Notes: generated from the sequence alone by a model not told the origin. DNA of 64,000 nt from a candidate division WOR-3 bacterium (GCA_037443805.1 JBBINQ010000008.1:3075-67074); one strand, 5' to 3'; positions 30,291 to 42,064 are shown, counted from the first letter of the stretch. A program made the numbers and translations.

Positions 30291-31291
30291 TTAAATGGGC
30301 TGAACCATCATACCTTTATCTTCTTTTCATTGTTCCTGTTGCTATGGTGGGAATTATAATTTTAGGATATTTGAAAAAAAGGGCACTGCGAAAATTCTCT
30401 GATGCAGGGCTAATCCCCGTACTCATTGAATCATTTAGCCAGAGGTTCTATCTGTTGAAATTCCTGCTCTATATGCTGGGATTGGTATTTTTGATTATCA
30501 GCCTTGCCCGTCCACGCTGGGGTGAAAAGATGCAGATTTATAAAGGAAAAGGGATTGATATAGTAATTGCCCTTGATGCATCAAAAAGTATGTATGCCCA
30601 GGATATCCAGCCCAGCAGATTGGAAAGGGCAAAGCAGGACATTGCCTATCTGCTTGATAATTTAGGAACACATCAGGTCGGTTTAACCGCCTTTGCTGGA
30701 GATTGTTATGTGATGTGCCCATTGACAACTGATGTGGATGCGGTTAAACTCTTCCTTGATATTATTGACCCGACAATGATGCCAAAGCCAGGAACTAATA
30801 TTGGGAGAGCACTTGTGGTTTCCAATGGCCTGTTCAATCCAAAAGAAGAAACGCACAAGGCATTGATTCTTTTTACTGATGGTGAAAATCTTGAAGGTGA
30901 CCCAATGGCACAGATTGACTATGCAGCAGAGCATGGTATAAAAATTTTCACGGTCGGCATTGGTAGTGCTGAAGGTGCACCTGTGCCTGAAACCAATCTT
31001 TCTACGGCAAGTGTATCATATAAAAAAGATAAAGGTGGTAATATTGTGATAACCCGATTAGCCGAGCGGCTTTTACTCGCTATTGCCCGACTTACAAATG
31101 GTAGATACTTTCGCACTGATGGTCTTTATATCAATCGGCTCATTGATGAACTGAACAAAATAGAAAAAAAGGAGATTGGTGGTGAGGAATATTTACAACT
31201 TGAGGAACGCTATCAGTATTTTTTAATCGTTGCGTTTGTCTGCCTGTTTTTGAGTATCTTTTTGAGTGACCGGAGAGGAAAATGGCTATAA
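30287..31291 (+). CDS. batB: BatB-type vWA-domain membrane protein
   Basis: vWA MIDAS (DASKSM...TDGEN), C-terminal TM. Confidence 0.8.
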   Translation: MIKWAEPSYLYLLFIVPVAMVGIIILGYLKKRALRKFSDAGLIPVLIESFSQRFYLLKFLLYMLGLVFLIISLARPRWGEKMQIYKGKGIDIVIALDASKSMYAQDIQPSRLERAKQDIAYLLDNLGTHQVGLTAFAGDCYVMCPLTTDVDAVKLFLDIIDPTMMPKPGTNIGRALVVSNGLFNPKEETHKALILFTDGENLEGDPMAQIDYAAEHGIKIFTVGIGSAEGAPVPETNLSTASVSYKKDKGGNIVITRLAERLLLAIARLTNGRYFRTDGLYINRLIDELNKIEKKEIGGEEYLQLEERYQYFLIVAFVCLFLSIFLSDRRGKWL

Positions 31292-31926
31292 AAAAATATT
31301 TGTTTATCTTTTTTATTTTTCTAAATCCCCTTATTATTTCACTCACCTTTGCTGATGTGGGTTCAAATATGCGTAAAGGAAATAGTTTGATGCGCCAGGG
31401 CAAATATGAAGAGGCACTCAAAAAATATGAATCTGCCTTAATTGAGGAACCAGACAATATAAAGATCCATTATAATATGGGCAGGGCACTATACAAAATG
31501 AACAAATATCAAGAAGCAATATCAGAATTTGAACTGGGACTTTTGACAAAAGACAAAAAATTCCAGGGACAGACATTCTATAATATTGGTAATTGCCAGT
31601 TCAAACAGGGACAATTAGAATCAGCAATCAATTCGTATAAATCTGCACTCCTTTTAAATCCAAAAGATATGCAGGCAAAGCAGAATCTTGAATTCTGTCT
31701 GAAATTAAAAGAAGAACTGAAGAATCGTCCGCAATCAGACTCCACAAAACAACAGCAGAAAAAAGAAGAGCCCCAACAACAACCTCAGCCACAGCCCCAG
31801 ATGCAGAAAGGCCAGGTAAGTAAAGAAGATGCAGAAAGATTACTTGAGGCATTGAAGAACAAAGAAAAAGAGACCCGTAAAGAAAGACCTAAACCCGGTG
31901 TTGAAAGGGTTGAAAAGGACTGGTAA
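31282..31926 (+). CDS. batC: BatC-type TPR protein with Q/P-rich tail
   Basis: TPR repeats then QQQKKEEPQQQPQPQPQMQ low-complexity region. Confidence 0.7.
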   Translation: MAIKKYLFIFFIFLNPLIISLTFADVGSNMRKGNSLMRQGKYEEALKKYESALIEEPDNIKIHYNMGRALYKMNKYQEAISEFELGLLTKDKKFQGQTFYNIGNCQFKQGQLESAINSYKSALLLNPKDMQAKQNLEFCLKLKEELKNRPQSDSTKQQQKKEEPQQQPQPQPQMQKGQVSKEDAERLLEALKNKEKETRKERPKPGVERVEKDW

Positions 31927-33691
31927 TATGTTAAGAAGATTGGTTCTTTTTTTAACCATATTTACCTTGCCTTTATTCTCTGCAGAACTCAATTTTTCTG
32001 CTACAGTGGACCGCACTACTGTGGGCATTGGCGAGACATTCACCTTGAATGTCACGGTGAGCGGTGAAAATATTGGCAATGTTCCCACTCCTGAACTACC
32101 GGATATGAATAATTTCAATATCCTTGGTCGTTCCAGTTCCCAATCAACAAACATCAGTTTTATTAATGGCAAGATGTCGCAACAGATCACAATCAATTTC
32201 ATTTACACGGTCAGCCCCAAAAAAACAGGAAAATTCACAATCGGTGCCTGTAAGATAAATTATCAGGGTAAGACCTATGAAACACAACCTATTGAGATTG
32301 AAGTGATAAAGGGCACAACCCAGGCACCGTCTTCCCCTGCACCTTCTCAACCAGGAACAACGCCACCGGAGCCAGGTGGTGATAATATATTCATTCTTGC
32401 TGTTCCCAATAGAACCGAGGTATTGTGCGGAGAGCAGATAAATATAAGTTTTTATCTGTATACAAGATACTCATTAGGAGACCTGAACCTTGAAAAATTA
32501 CCGAGTTTTAGTGGTTTCTGGGCAGAACCGACCGATGATATAAAACAGCTCCGTTTTCAGACAAAAGTATACAATGGTAAATCATATAATGTAGCATTGA
32601 TTAAAACCTATGCGGCCTTTCCGATTACCAGCGGAAAACTTACAATTGACCCATTGGTTTTAAATGCTGAGGTAATTCAACCGCCTCGTGACTTTTTTGA
32701 TTTTTTTGGTACGAGTCGTATCGTAAAAATTGAATCAAAACCAATCAGTATCAATGTACTACCACTGCCCCAGGAAAATAAGCCTGAGCATTTCTGTGGC
32801 GGAGTGGGGAAGTTCAATATCAGTGCTGCTTTGGACCGTGATTCAGCAGTGGGTGGCACACCAGTAAATCTCATAGTAAAGATATCTGGCTCAGGTAATA
32901 TCCGCCTTATAGAAAAACCAAAAGTTTCCAGTATCCCAAATCTAAGGATCCTTGAACCAGAGGTAAAAGATAATATCCAGAGGTCAGGCAATCTTATAAA
33001 AGGGACAAAAGAATTCAGATATCCGGTAATTGCCCAGGTGGATGGAGAGCATATTTTACCCGAAATAAAGGTTGCTTATTTTGACCCACAAAAAAAAGTA
33101 TATGAGACCATTACTACCCAGAGATTGAAATTTGTCGCAATGGGCACCACGACTGCCTCCACCACAACTGAGTCAGGTGGATTAAAAATTCTCGGCAGTG
33201 ATATTCAATACATTAAACCCGATGCACGAAAATTTAGCACCCAGTCCTGGTCTGTATCAGGATGGATAAATATATTTTATATTCTTTCATTTTTGATCGT
33301 TGGATTGGCACTACTTTATCAAAGATACCAGGCAAGACTTTTGATTGACCGAGCATATGCAAGGAGAATAAGAGCAGGCCATCTTTTTCAAAAACGAATA
33401 AAACAGATAGAAACATTGCTCAAAGCACAGGACAAAAAAAATTTTTATACAAGTCTCGGTACAGCAGTTATGAACTATATTGGAGACCGTTATAATTTAC
33501 CAGTCGGAACTCTGACCAAAGAGCAACTAAAACAGGAACTTGTAAATAAAGGGTTAGCCAGAGAATTGCTGGATGAATTGCTCAAAATTGTTGAATGTTG
33601 TGAAAATGCAGGCTATGCGCCAGTGATTTCAGAGCTTTATGAACCAGAAGAAATTTTAAAAAAGGCAAAAGAATTAATCCACCGGTTATGA
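31898..33691 (+). CDS. batD: BatD-type protein
   Basis: 597 aa; signal peptide, large extracytoplasmic region, single TM near the C-terminus; position in operon. Confidence 0.7.
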   Translation: MLKGLKRTGNMLRRLVLFLTIFTLPLFSAELNFSATVDRTTVGIGETFTLNVTVSGENIGNVPTPELPDMNNFNILGRSSSQSTNISFINGKMSQQITINFIYTVSPKKTGKFTIGACKINYQGKTYETQPIEIEVIKGTTQAPSSPAPSQPGTTPPEPGGDNIFILAVPNRTEVLCGEQINISFYLYTRYSLGDLNLEKLPSFSGFWAEPTDDIKQLRFQTKVYNGKSYNVALIKTYAAFPITSGKLTIDPLVLNAEVIQPPRDFFDFFGTSRIVKIESKPISINVLPLPQENKPEHFCGGVGKFNISAALDRDSAVGGTPVNLIVKISGSGNIRLIEKPKVSSIPNLRILEPEVKDNIQRSGNLIKGTKEFRYPVIAQVDGEHILPEIKVAYFDPQKKVYETITTQRLKFVAMGTTTASTTTESGGLKILGSDIQYIKPDARKFSTQSWSVSGWINIFYILSFLIVGLALLYQRYQARLLIDRAYARRIRAGHLFQKRIKQIETLLKAQDKKNFYTSLGTAVMNYIGDRYNLPVGTLTKEQLKQELVNKGLARELLDELLKIVECCENAGYAPVISELYEPEEILKKAKELIHRL

Positions 33692-34404
33692 GTATATTAT
33701 TCATTATTTTATTAAGTACAAACAATCCTGTTGAATTATACAATCAGGGCAATGAGTATTACAAAAACAGGGATTATCAAATGGCAATCTCCTGCTATGA
33801 AGAGGCATTGAAATTATGTCCGAACAGTGATATCTACTACAACCTTGGCAATGCATACTTTAAGATGAACAGACTGGGCAAGGCGATGGTTCAGTATCAG
33901 CGTGCGCGCATACTTGCCCCACGAGACCGTGATATAATTTATAACATAAATTTTTTACGAAGGTATCGGGTTGACAAAACGACCGAACTGGAAAATCCAA
34001 TTGTTAGTCTGCTTGCAAAGATATTCCACTATTTTTCAATCACCGAGTCATACCTTCTAACAGGTATCTTCTTTTTTCTCAGTGCAATTCTCATTGCCTT
34101 AGAGATTATCTATAGAACAAAATATTTAAAATTTATTCTGATTTTGTCGGTGTTCTGTTTTCTGTTTTTTATCATCACCTTTATGGTCTGGAATGGAGAA
34201 AAAAATATGCGTTACTGTGTAGTAATAAATCAAGAGGTAAAGGCATATAGTGGACCAGGAGAAGAATACAAAGAGATATTTATTATTCACGATGGAGCAG
34301 AGGCGAAGATCCGCGAAGCGCGAGGAGGATATTATCTCATCCAATTGCCCGGAGGTCTGGGCGCCTGGATTGATACAGCAAATGTTGAGGAAATCTTTAA
34401 ATAG
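33688..34404 (+). CDS. batE: BatE-like TPR + SH3b-like membrane protein
   Basis: TPR N-terminus, TM segments, C-terminal SH3b-like region. Confidence 0.6.
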   Translation: MSILFIILLSTNNPVELYNQGNEYYKNRDYQMAISCYEEALKLCPNSDIYYNLGNAYFKMNRLGKAMVQYQRARILAPRDRDIIYNINFLRRYRVDKTTELENPIVSLLAKIFHYFSITESYLLTGIFFFLSAILIALEIIYRTKYLKFILILSVFCFLFFIITFMVWNGEKNMRYCVVINQEVKAYSGPGEEYKEIFIIHDGAEAKIREARGGYYLIQLPGGLGAWIDTANVEEIFK

Positions 34405-34409
34405 CCAAA

Positions 34410-35540
34410 TTGATGAAGCTCATTGTTAAACGGCGCCATTTCAATCATCCCTGGATATTTTCTAATGAAATTATAAAAAAAGAGAATATCACACCCGGAA
34501 GCATTGTCCTGGTTGAAGAACAGAGAAAGATTATTGGTACTGGTTTTTATAATCCGCACTCACTTATTGCCATTAGACTATTCTCTTATACAGAAGAGAA
34601 ATTTGACCGCGATTTTTTGCTAAAAAAATTAAAGTCTGCCTATATAAAGCGCAGCGGAATGGGCAATAGTTTCCGTTTAGTAGCAAGTGAATGTGATAGT
34701 CTTCCTGGGTTGATAATTGATAAATATAATGAATATTTTGTGATACAGATCAATTGTTTGGGAATGGAACAATATAAAGATGTGATAAAAGAAATTCTTA
34801 TTGATGAATTCAAGGCTCAAGGCGTATATGAAAAATCTGATGAAGGGCTCAGAAAACGGGAAGGGTTAGATGTAGCAAATGGTATTATCTTTGGTAGTAT
34901 ACCAGACCTAGTAGAGATTGAGCAGGATGAATTGAAATTTTTGGTTGATATTAAAAATGGTCAAAAGACTGGCTTCTTTTTTGACCAGCGGGAAAACAGA
35001 AGGATGGTAAAGGAATTGGCAAAAGGAGAAATTCTTGATTGTTTTTGCTATACTGGTGGTTTTTCAATCTATGCTGGTGATAAAGGCAATGTGCTTGGCA
35101 TTGATAGTTCTGAGGGAGCAATTGCACTGGCAAAGAAGAATGCAGAGATTAATAATCTCAAATGCAATTTTGACTGTGCCGAGGTCTTTAAGACCCTGCG
35201 CGATTTTGCAAAGGCAGGAAGGAGATTTGATACAATAATCCTTGACCCACCTTCTTTTACCAAATCAAAAAAAGAAAAGCGTGATGCCCTGCGTGGATAC
35301 AAAGAGATTAATCTCAGTGCAATGAAAATTTTGAATCCTGATGGCTTGCTTTTTACTGGTTCCTGTTCCTATCATATTTCACGACAGGAGTTTTTAGAGA
35401 TGCTCCAGACATCAGCGCAGGATGTGCACAAACAATTTCAAATCATTAAAGAGGGGATGCAGTCAAAGGACCATCCGGTCCTGTTAAATTTTCCTGAAAG
35501 TAACTATCTGAAATCATTTTGCCTGCGTGTACTTGACTGA
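34410..35540 (+). CDS. rlmI: Class I SAM-dependent 23S rRNA m5C methyltransferase (RlmI-like, PUA + MTase)
   Basis: 376 aa; PUA-like N-terminus; SAM motif FCYTGGFS; DPPSF catalytic motif. Confidence 0.8.
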   Translation: MMKLIVKRRHFNHPWIFSNEIIKKENITPGSIVLVEEQRKIIGTGFYNPHSLIAIRLFSYTEEKFDRDFLLKKLKSAYIKRSGMGNSFRLVASECDSLPGLIIDKYNEYFVIQINCLGMEQYKDVIKEILIDEFKAQGVYEKSDEGLRKREGLDVANGIIFGSIPDLVEIEQDELKFLVDIKNGQKTGFFFDQRENRRMVKELAKGEILDCFCYTGGFSIYAGDKGNVLGIDSSEGAIALAKKNAEINNLKCNFDCAEVFKTLRDFAKAGRRFDTIILDPPSFTKSKKEKRDALRGYKEINLSAMKILNPDGLLFTGSCSYHISRQEFLEMLQTSAQDVHKQFQIIKEGMQSKDHPVLLNFPESNYLKSFCLRVLD

Positions 35541-35633
35541 ATATATTTAGATAGTATTGCCTCCACTTCAACCATTGACAAGTAATATTTTCTATGTAAA
35601 ATAATATATAGAAAAATTTTAGGGGGTATAATA

Positions 35634-37316
35634 ATGAAGAAGACCAAGACTATCAGAAATTTTGTATACAAGCCAGTGACTGCACCTCGTGGTAGCACTC
35701 TTAAATGCAAATCCTGGCAACAGGAAGGTGCATTTCGTATGCTACAAAATAATTTAGATCCGGATGTCGCAGAAAAACCTGAAGAACTTGTTGTCTATGG
35801 AGGTAGTGGTAAGGCAGCAAGAAACTGGGAATGTTATAATGCAATAATAGAATCTTTAAAAAAATTAGAAAATGATGAAACCTTACTGGTCCAATCTGGA
35901 AAACCAGTGGGTATATTTAAAACATTTGAATATGCACCGCGTGTTTTAATTGCCAATTCATTACTTGTGCCAGCATGGGCAAACTGGGATTATTTCAGAA
36001 AACTTGAGATGCTCGGTTTGATAATGTATGGACAGATGACTGCTGGAAGCTGGATCTATATCGGAACCCAGGGAATAATCCAGGGAACCTATGAGACCTT
36101 TTCTGCCTGCGCCCAGAAATACTTTAAAGGAACATTAAGAGGTAAATGGGTGCTCACTGGCGGTATGGGTGGAATGAGCGGTGCCCAGCCCCTTGCAGTA
36201 ACAATGAATGAAGGTGTGATACTGGATATTGAGGTTGACCCAAAACGTGTCCAGAGACGGGTGAACCAGGGATTCTGCGATATAATGGTCTATGATCTTG
36301 ATGAAGCATTAAAACTTGTCTTTGAGGCGGTTGATAAAAAGATTCCGCGTTCAATTGGACTTGTGGGCAATACTGCTGATATTGAACCCGAACTTGTAAA
36401 AAGAAATATTATTCCGGACATCTTAACTGACCAGACCTCTGCCCATGATGAATTGAATGGCTATGTGCCCGGTGGAATGAGTTTTGATGATGCACTCTCT
36501 TTGCGCTCACGAAACCCTGAAGAATATAAAAAACGCGCACTTGATTCTATTGCAAAACAGATGCAGGCAATGCTGGAGATGCAGAGAAATGGTGCAATCG
36601 CATTTGATTATGGTAACAATATTCGTGGACAGGCAAAGCGTGCTGGCGTGGAAGACCCATTTAAAATACCAGGATTTGTGCCTGAATATATCAGACCGCT
36701 CTTCTGCATGGGCAAAGGTCCTTTTCGCTGGGCAGCACTGTCCGGTGAAAAAAAGGATATTTATCTGTTGGATAAAGAGGTCCTTGAGATGTTTGGTGAT
36801 AATCCATCAATAAGACGCTGGATTGAACTTGCCCAGAAAAAGATTCCTTTTCAGGGATTGCCCGCAAGGATTATGTGGCTTGGCTATGGAGAAAGGGATA
36901 AATTTGGTCTCAAGATAAACCATCTGGTCAGACAGGGAAAACTAAAAGCACCCATAGTAATTGGCAGGGACCACCTTGACTGTGGTTCTGTAGCATCACC
37001 TTATCGTGAGACCGAAGGAATGCGGGATGGCTCAGATGCAATTGCTGACTGGCCAATTTTGAATGCGCTATTAAATACCGCATCCGGTGCCTCCTGGGTT
37101 TCAGTCCATCATGGTGGTGGTGTAGGAATCGGCTATTCAATCCATGCGGGTCAGGTCCTGGTCTGTGATGGCACAGCAATGATGGACAAAAGGATTGAAA
37201 GGGTTCTCACGAATGACCCTGGTATCGGTGTAGTAAGACATTATGATGCAGGCTATAAAGAGGCAATTGAATTTGCTAAAGAACATAAATTCAAGATTCC
37301 GATAGAAAAGGGTTAA
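35634..37316 (+). CDS. hutU: Urocanate hydratase
   Basis: 560 aa; strong urocanase similarity throughout (NAD-binding [11 protein letters not shown]). Confidence 0.92.
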   Translation: MKKTKTIRNFVYKPVTAPRGSTLKCKSWQQEGAFRMLQNNLDPDVAEKPEELVVYGGSGKAARNWECYNAIIESLKKLENDETLLVQSGKPVGIFKTFEYAPRVLIANSLLVPAWANWDYFRKLEMLGLIMYGQMTAGSWIYIGTQGIIQGTYETFSACAQKYFKGTLRGKWVLTGGMGGMSGAQPLAVTMNEGVILDIEVDPKRVQRRVNQGFCDIMVYDLDEALKLVFEAVDKKIPRSIGLVGNTADIEPELVKRNIIPDILTDQTSAHDELNGYVPGGMSFDDALSLRSRNPEEYKKRALDSIAKQMQAMLEMQRNGAIAFDYGNNIRGQAKRAGVEDPFKIPGFVPEYIRPLFCMGKGPFRWAALSGEKKDIYLLDKEVLEMFGDNPSIRRWIELAQKKIPFQGLPARIMWLGYGERDKFGLKINHLVRQGKLKAPIVIGRDHLDCGSVASPYRETEGMRDGSDAIADWPILNALLNTASGASWVSVHHGGGVGIGYSIHAGQVLVCDGTAMMDKRIERVLTNDPGIGVVRHYDAGYKEAIEFAKEHKFKIPIEKG

Positions 37317-37319
37317 CCG

Positions 37320-38861
37320 ATGAAAAAAAATTTGAAAAAATTTAGCTATTTAACCCTTTATCAATTATTCAAATTCACTCTTTATTCGGTGATGACCACT
37401 TTTTTCTTTCTGTCGTGTGGTCCACCAGAACAAAAATCCATTACTATTGTCTATGATGCACCACCTGCCACATTGGACCCGCACCTGAAAAGAGAAGTTG
37501 TTAACCAGACCATTATGAGTAATATTTATGAGGCGCTCGTTTGCTTTAATGCAAATATGGAATTACAACCGTTATTAGCTAAATACTGGGAAAATGTAGA
37601 TAGTATAACCTGGCGTTTTGAACTCCATTCCGGCGTGACCTTTCATAATAAAAAAGAACTTACTGCACAGGATGTGCTCTATTCTTTATACCGTATCTGG
37701 CACAATCCCCAGTCCGAATACCGGGCATTTACCTGGTATATGGATACAATTTATGCTGAGAATAGAAATATCATCTTTAAATTGAAAATTCCTTATCCAT
37801 TCTTTCTTTATGACATTGCAGGAATATTTATTATTCCTGATGGGTTTGACCCACAAAAAGAGATGCCGGTTGGAACCGGTCCTTATAAATGTATAAAAAA
37901 ATCTCCTGACGAGATTAAACTTGAATCTTATGAACATTACTGGGCTGGTCCACCACCAATAAAGAGTGCACGCTTTGTATTTATTCCTGACTACAAAGAC
38001 CGTATTAAAATGTTAAAAGATGGTAAGGCAGATATTATCAATTTCATCCCATTGAGTGCCCTGTCTGAGCTGGAAACGATTGGACAGGTGCTTGCTACAC
38101 CTGGCAATTCTACAAGATACTTAGAATTCAATCATGCAAAATATCCATTTAATCAAAAGGATTTTCGCAAGGCAATAAATCTGGCGATTGACCGGGAATA
38201 TATTGCTCGTGTAATATACAAGGGTTATGCAGTACCTGCTAATCAATACTTACCACCGGGTGTCTTCGGTTTTGATAGTAAATTACCGCAAATTCCTTAT
38301 GAACCAGAACAGGCAAAAAAAATTTTAAAGAAGTTCTCTGATCTACCAATCATAGAAATAGAGTGCACAAGTGCACGTGCTTTTATTGCTGAGGCGATTG
38401 CTCAGGGTCTGGGAAAAATTGGCTTGAAAGTAATGGTGAAAGTCCTTGAGGTTGATGAATACTGGAATAAGGTAGAACATCAAAAGAGTGATTGTTATTT
38501 GATTGCCAGCGTGCCAGGTTCCTACGAAGGCATTGGTATGTTGCGCAGCAGTTTCCATACCTATAATCCAGATAAAGGACTGGGAATGATGAATAATGTC
38601 AATTATTCAAATATAGAGTTAGATAGTATAATTGAGGAACTATTTTATATGAAAGAACAAAATGCGGTCTTACAGGCAATTAATCGCATCCAGAAAATAT
38701 TACTTAATGACCTGCCAAAGATTCCTGTTGTCTGGGAAAAGGAAATATATGGCATTTCCAAAAGGATAATCTATAAACCCAGGCTTGACGAAAGGATTAT
38801 TATCAAAGAAATAAAATTTATAGATACAAAAAATAATGTATTGACCGAGGGTAAACAATGA
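37320..38861 (+). CDS. ABC transporter substrate-binding lipoprotein (family 5, peptide/nickel type)
   Basis: 513 aa; lipobox FLSCG; SBP_bac_5 pattern. Confidence 0.8.
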   Translation: MKKNLKKFSYLTLYQLFKFTLYSVMTTFFFLSCGPPEQKSITIVYDAPPATLDPHLKREVVNQTIMSNIYEALVCFNANMELQPLLAKYWENVDSITWRFELHSGVTFHNKKELTAQDVLYSLYRIWHNPQSEYRAFTWYMDTIYAENRNIIFKLKIPYPFFLYDIAGIFIIPDGFDPQKEMPVGTGPYKCIKKSPDEIKLESYEHYWAGPPPIKSARFVFIPDYKDRIKMLKDGKADIINFIPLSALSELETIGQVLATPGNSTRYLEFNHAKYPFNQKDFRKAINLAIDREYIARVIYKGYAVPANQYLPPGVFGFDSKLPQIPYEPEQAKKILKKFSDLPIIEIECTSARAFIAEAIAQGLGKIGLKVMVKVLEVDEYWNKVEHQKSDCYLIASVPGSYEGIGMLRSSFHTYNPDKGLGMMNNVNYSNIELDSIIEELFYMKEQNAVLQAINRIQKILLNDLPKIPVVWEKEIYGISKRIIYKPRLDERIIIKEIKFIDTKNNVLTEGKQ

Positions 38862-40330
38862 AGATGTCCATCAGGACAAAGATGGTTTTATTTATATTAT
38901 TAACCGTTGTTATAATTTTTCTGGTGATTGGTATATACCATTCAATTTTTCGTATGCACGAATTGAAAAACAGGATTGCCCGAGATGCTGGTCTATTTGT
39001 GCAATTGGTCAATAAAGAGGTAGGCAGGTCATTTGAGTTATATTTTGATAATACCTTTTATAAATTCCGTGCAACTGTTCTTGAACATGCTCGCAATAAT
39101 AATGACCTGACCAATATCCAGGTTGTAAATATGGAAGGTAGTATACTCTATGATATGAATAAAACAGAGAAGGCTTCCTTTCCTGGAGCAAGAACAGAGA
39201 TTTGCCAGGATAGATTTATTTTAGCGAACTTAAAAACAACAGAAATAATAAAGAAAATTGATAAAGATATTAAAATTATTGCACCCTATTTTGATGATTA
39301 TGGTATTCACAGATTTTCAATTGTCTATTTTTTCAGTTTTGAACAGCTGCAGAAACAGGTGAAGACCATTATTGGCGAAAATATTTTCATTTCTTTAGTA
39401 ATTTTGGTGATAAGCTTAATGGGTGCAATATTTGTTTCTGTTCGTATCACTGCCCACATAAAGACACTCCTTACTGCAGCAAAGAAGTTTAGTGAAGGTA
39501 ATTTTGGAGAAAGGATAATTATTAAGACCAATGATGAATTTGAAGAACTGGCAAATACATTCAATACAATGGCTGGAGAAATTAAAAATAACATAAAAGA
39601 TTTAAATGAACTTATTCAGGAATTGGTGCGGAGGGATGAACAGAAAACAATCTTTGTTGCCAACCTGTCCCATGAGTTGCGGACCCCCCTGACCGCTTCG
39701 CTCGGTTATATTGACTATCTACAAAAACAGAAACTCGGTGCACTTAATAAAGAGCAATTACATAGTATTGAGGTGATCAAAAGAAATTTAGAGCGGTTAA
39801 ATAATGAAATCCGCTCATTGCTACAGATCTCAAAATATATCTTAGAAGGGGTAAAATTAGAACCTCAGAAATTTTCTTTTGAAGAAATTATCAATGCAAT
39901 GCTCAACAATTTTCAGCCCCATATTGAAGAAAAGGGTCTTGTCGTAAAACAGGAATCGCAGGTAAAAGACATCATTGCAGATAGAGATAAGTTATCAACA
40001 GTACTGGAAAATTTGCTTGCCAATGCCATAAAATTCGCTGACCCAAAGACCGAAATACATATTACTACACAGAATTATGCTGAGGACTCAAAAACTTATT
40101 TTCTTTTCCGTATCACGAATCAGGGAGTAGGGATTCCAGAAGAGAAAATTCAATATATTTTTGAACCATTTTATCAAATTGATTCCAGCACATCAAGAAA
40201 GTATGGAGGTGTTGGTCTTGGTCTTGCCATAGCAAAGCAAATTATTGAAGCACATTCTGGAACAATAGGTGTGAAAAGCAATAATGGTATGGTAACTTTT
40301 GAATTTATTATCCCTCAACAAGGAGGGTAG
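38858..40330 (+). CDS. Sensor histidine kinase (TM-HAMP-HisKA-HATPase)
   Basis: H-box LSHELRTPL; N/G1/G2 boxes (NLLANAIKF, GGVGLGLAI). Confidence 0.9.
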   Translation: MKMSIRTKMVLFILLTVVIIFLVIGIYHSIFRMHELKNRIARDAGLFVQLVNKEVGRSFELYFDNTFYKFRATVLEHARNNNDLTNIQVVNMEGSILYDMNKTEKASFPGARTEICQDRFILANLKTTEIIKKIDKDIKIIAPYFDDYGIHRFSIVYFFSFEQLQKQVKTIIGENIFISLVILVISLMGAIFVSVRITAHIKTLLTAAKKFSEGNFGERIIIKTNDEFEELANTFNTMAGEIKNNIKDLNELIQELVRRDEQKTIFVANLSHELRTPLTASLGYIDYLQKQKLGALNKEQLHSIEVIKRNLERLNNEIRSLLQISKYILEGVKLEPQKFSFEEIINAMLNNFQPHIEEKGLVVKQESQVKDIIADRDKLSTVLENLLANAIKFADPKTEIHITTQNYAEDSKTYFLFRITNQGVGIPEEKIQYIFEPFYQIDSSTSRKYGGVGLGLAIAKQIIEAHSGTIGVKSNNGMVTFEFIIPQQGG

Positions 40331-40331
40331 A

Positions 40332-40718
40332 ATGAAGAAAAATATTTTAGTTGTTGACGACGAAGAAGACATCCTTGATTTTGTGGGCAGAGTCTTAAAG
40401 GATGCCAATTTCAGTGTCTTTACGGCTAAAGATGCTAAACAGGGGCTGACAATCCTGCAGAATGAAAAGATTGACCTCATTTTGCTGGATATTATGTTAC
40501 CCGAGATTGATGGCTGGGAGATGATGAGAATGATGCGTTCAGATGAAAATTTGAAAAATATTCCTGTGGCAATGTTAACCGCACGCGTGGACGCCTATGA
40601 CAAAATTATCGGTTTGAAAGAAGGGGCAATAGATTACATCTGTAAACCATTTACTGCTGAGCAACTTTTAAATCGCATCAGTAATATCTTTAAATATATA
40701 AAAGAAAATAATCTATGA
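40332..40718 (+). CDS. Response regulator receiver domain protein (stand-alone REC)
   Basis: Start at MKKNILVVDDEE after AAGGAGGG; receiver Asp in LILLDIMLP. Confidence 0.85.
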   Translation: MKKNILVVDDEEDILDFVGRVLKDANFSVFTAKDAKQGLTILQNEKIDLILLDIMLPEIDGWEMMRMMRSDENLKNIPVAMLTARVDAYDKIIGLKEGAIDYICKPFTAEQLLNRISNIFKYIKENNL

Positions 40719-41998
40719 ATAACGATTTTAACAAAATCCAATCAGAATGGTATAAATACCGTGCCTGTCTTTTTGACCGTGCCACTGGTCTACCTACAGT
40801 TAATGCCATTATTGATGATATCCGTAAAGAACTTGAAAAAGAAAAGATATTGGGGATTCTTTTCCTGGCAATCGGCGACCAGCAACAAATTGAGCCTGTT
40901 TTTGGCTGGGAGCAGTATGATGAAATTGTAAAATATTTTACCATCACTGTGCTCAGTGAAATTGGTAAATTGATACCACGCCAATCTTTAATTGGAATAT
41001 CATCAATCAGCGGTGATGGTTTCTTTATTTTTATGAACCGCGACAGTAATGGTGCTCAAATAAATAAAGAATACTTTTTAGACCTTATTGAGAAATTCAA
41101 AATAAAAATTGAGCAATTTAAGAAAAAAGATTTACGACACGATGTAATGAATCGGGTGGATTTTCATGCAGGTTACCAGATCCTGCATATTGACCCTCTG
41201 GTGCGGCCTGAAAGATTAATATATCAGGCACTGGAAGAAGTAAAATATGCTGCATATTTCAAAGAGAAGATGGATGAGCGGAAAAGATATGAGGAGCTGC
41301 GTCAGATTATCTATAAAAAGCAGATTACCACGGTCTATCAGCCCATTTATAATCTGCTTGATGATACATTGTATGGATATGAAGCATTGAGTCGTGGTCC
41401 TGCGGGCTCCTATTTTGAGAGCCCGGATATGATATTTTTGTATGCATCAAAGGGTGAACTACTGATGTCTGCAGAAGAGACCTGTCTATACCAGGCAGTG
41501 CGCAATGCCCGGTGTTTAAATAATGGTAACCTTCTCTTTATTAATATCACCCCAACTTTAATTCCCAGTCTAATCAATGACAACTTTAAAACATTTTTAC
41601 AGGAAGCTGGATTAAACAATCAGCACATAGTCCTGGAACTTACTGAAAAATTTGCTATTCCTGACCATGGATTATATCAAAGAATACTGGTCAACACCAA
41701 GGGCAAGGGTTATAAGATTGCCCTGGACGATGTGGGCATTGGTTATTCTACCTTAGAACGAATAAGTGAGATTACCCCTGATTATTTGAAATTTGATAGG
41801 AGTTTGGTGCGCGATATCAACAAAAACCTTGTGCGACAGGAACTGGCAAAATCCTTTGTAGAATTTGCAAAGAAGATAAATGCCATTATCATTGCCGAAG
41901 GCATTGAAAATAAAGAAGAACTGGATTTTATTAAAAGTATCGGCATCAATTATGGACAGGGATTCTTATTAGGCTGCCCAAAATCATATTTTGATTAA
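40715..41998 (+). CDS. EAL-domain c-di-GMP phosphodiesterase with N-terminal degenerate GGDEF-like region
   Basis: EAL motifs (YQPIYNL, YGYEALSRGP, DDVGIGYS, EGIE). Confidence 0.8.
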   Translation: MNNDFNKIQSEWYKYRACLFDRATGLPTVNAIIDDIRKELEKEKILGILFLAIGDQQQIEPVFGWEQYDEIVKYFTITVLSEIGKLIPRQSLIGISSISGDGFFIFMNRDSNGAQINKEYFLDLIEKFKIKIEQFKKKDLRHDVMNRVDFHAGYQILHIDPLVRPERLIYQALEEVKYAAYFKEKMDERKRYEELRQIIYKKQITTVYQPIYNLLDDTLYGYEALSRGPAGSYFESPDMIFLYASKGELLMSAEETCLYQAVRNARCLNNGNLLFINITPTLIPSLINDNFKTFLQEAGLNNQHIVLELTEKFAIPDHGLYQRILVNTKGKGYKIALDDVGIGYSTLERISEITPDYLKFDRSLVRDINKNLVRQELAKSFVEFAKKINAIIIAEGIENKEELDFIKSIGINYGQGFLLGCPKSYFD

Positions 41999-42064
41999 AG
42001 TCATTTCAGGGGAATATTTTTCTGCTAAATTGGTATTTAAACATAGATAAAGAAGGAGGAAAAA

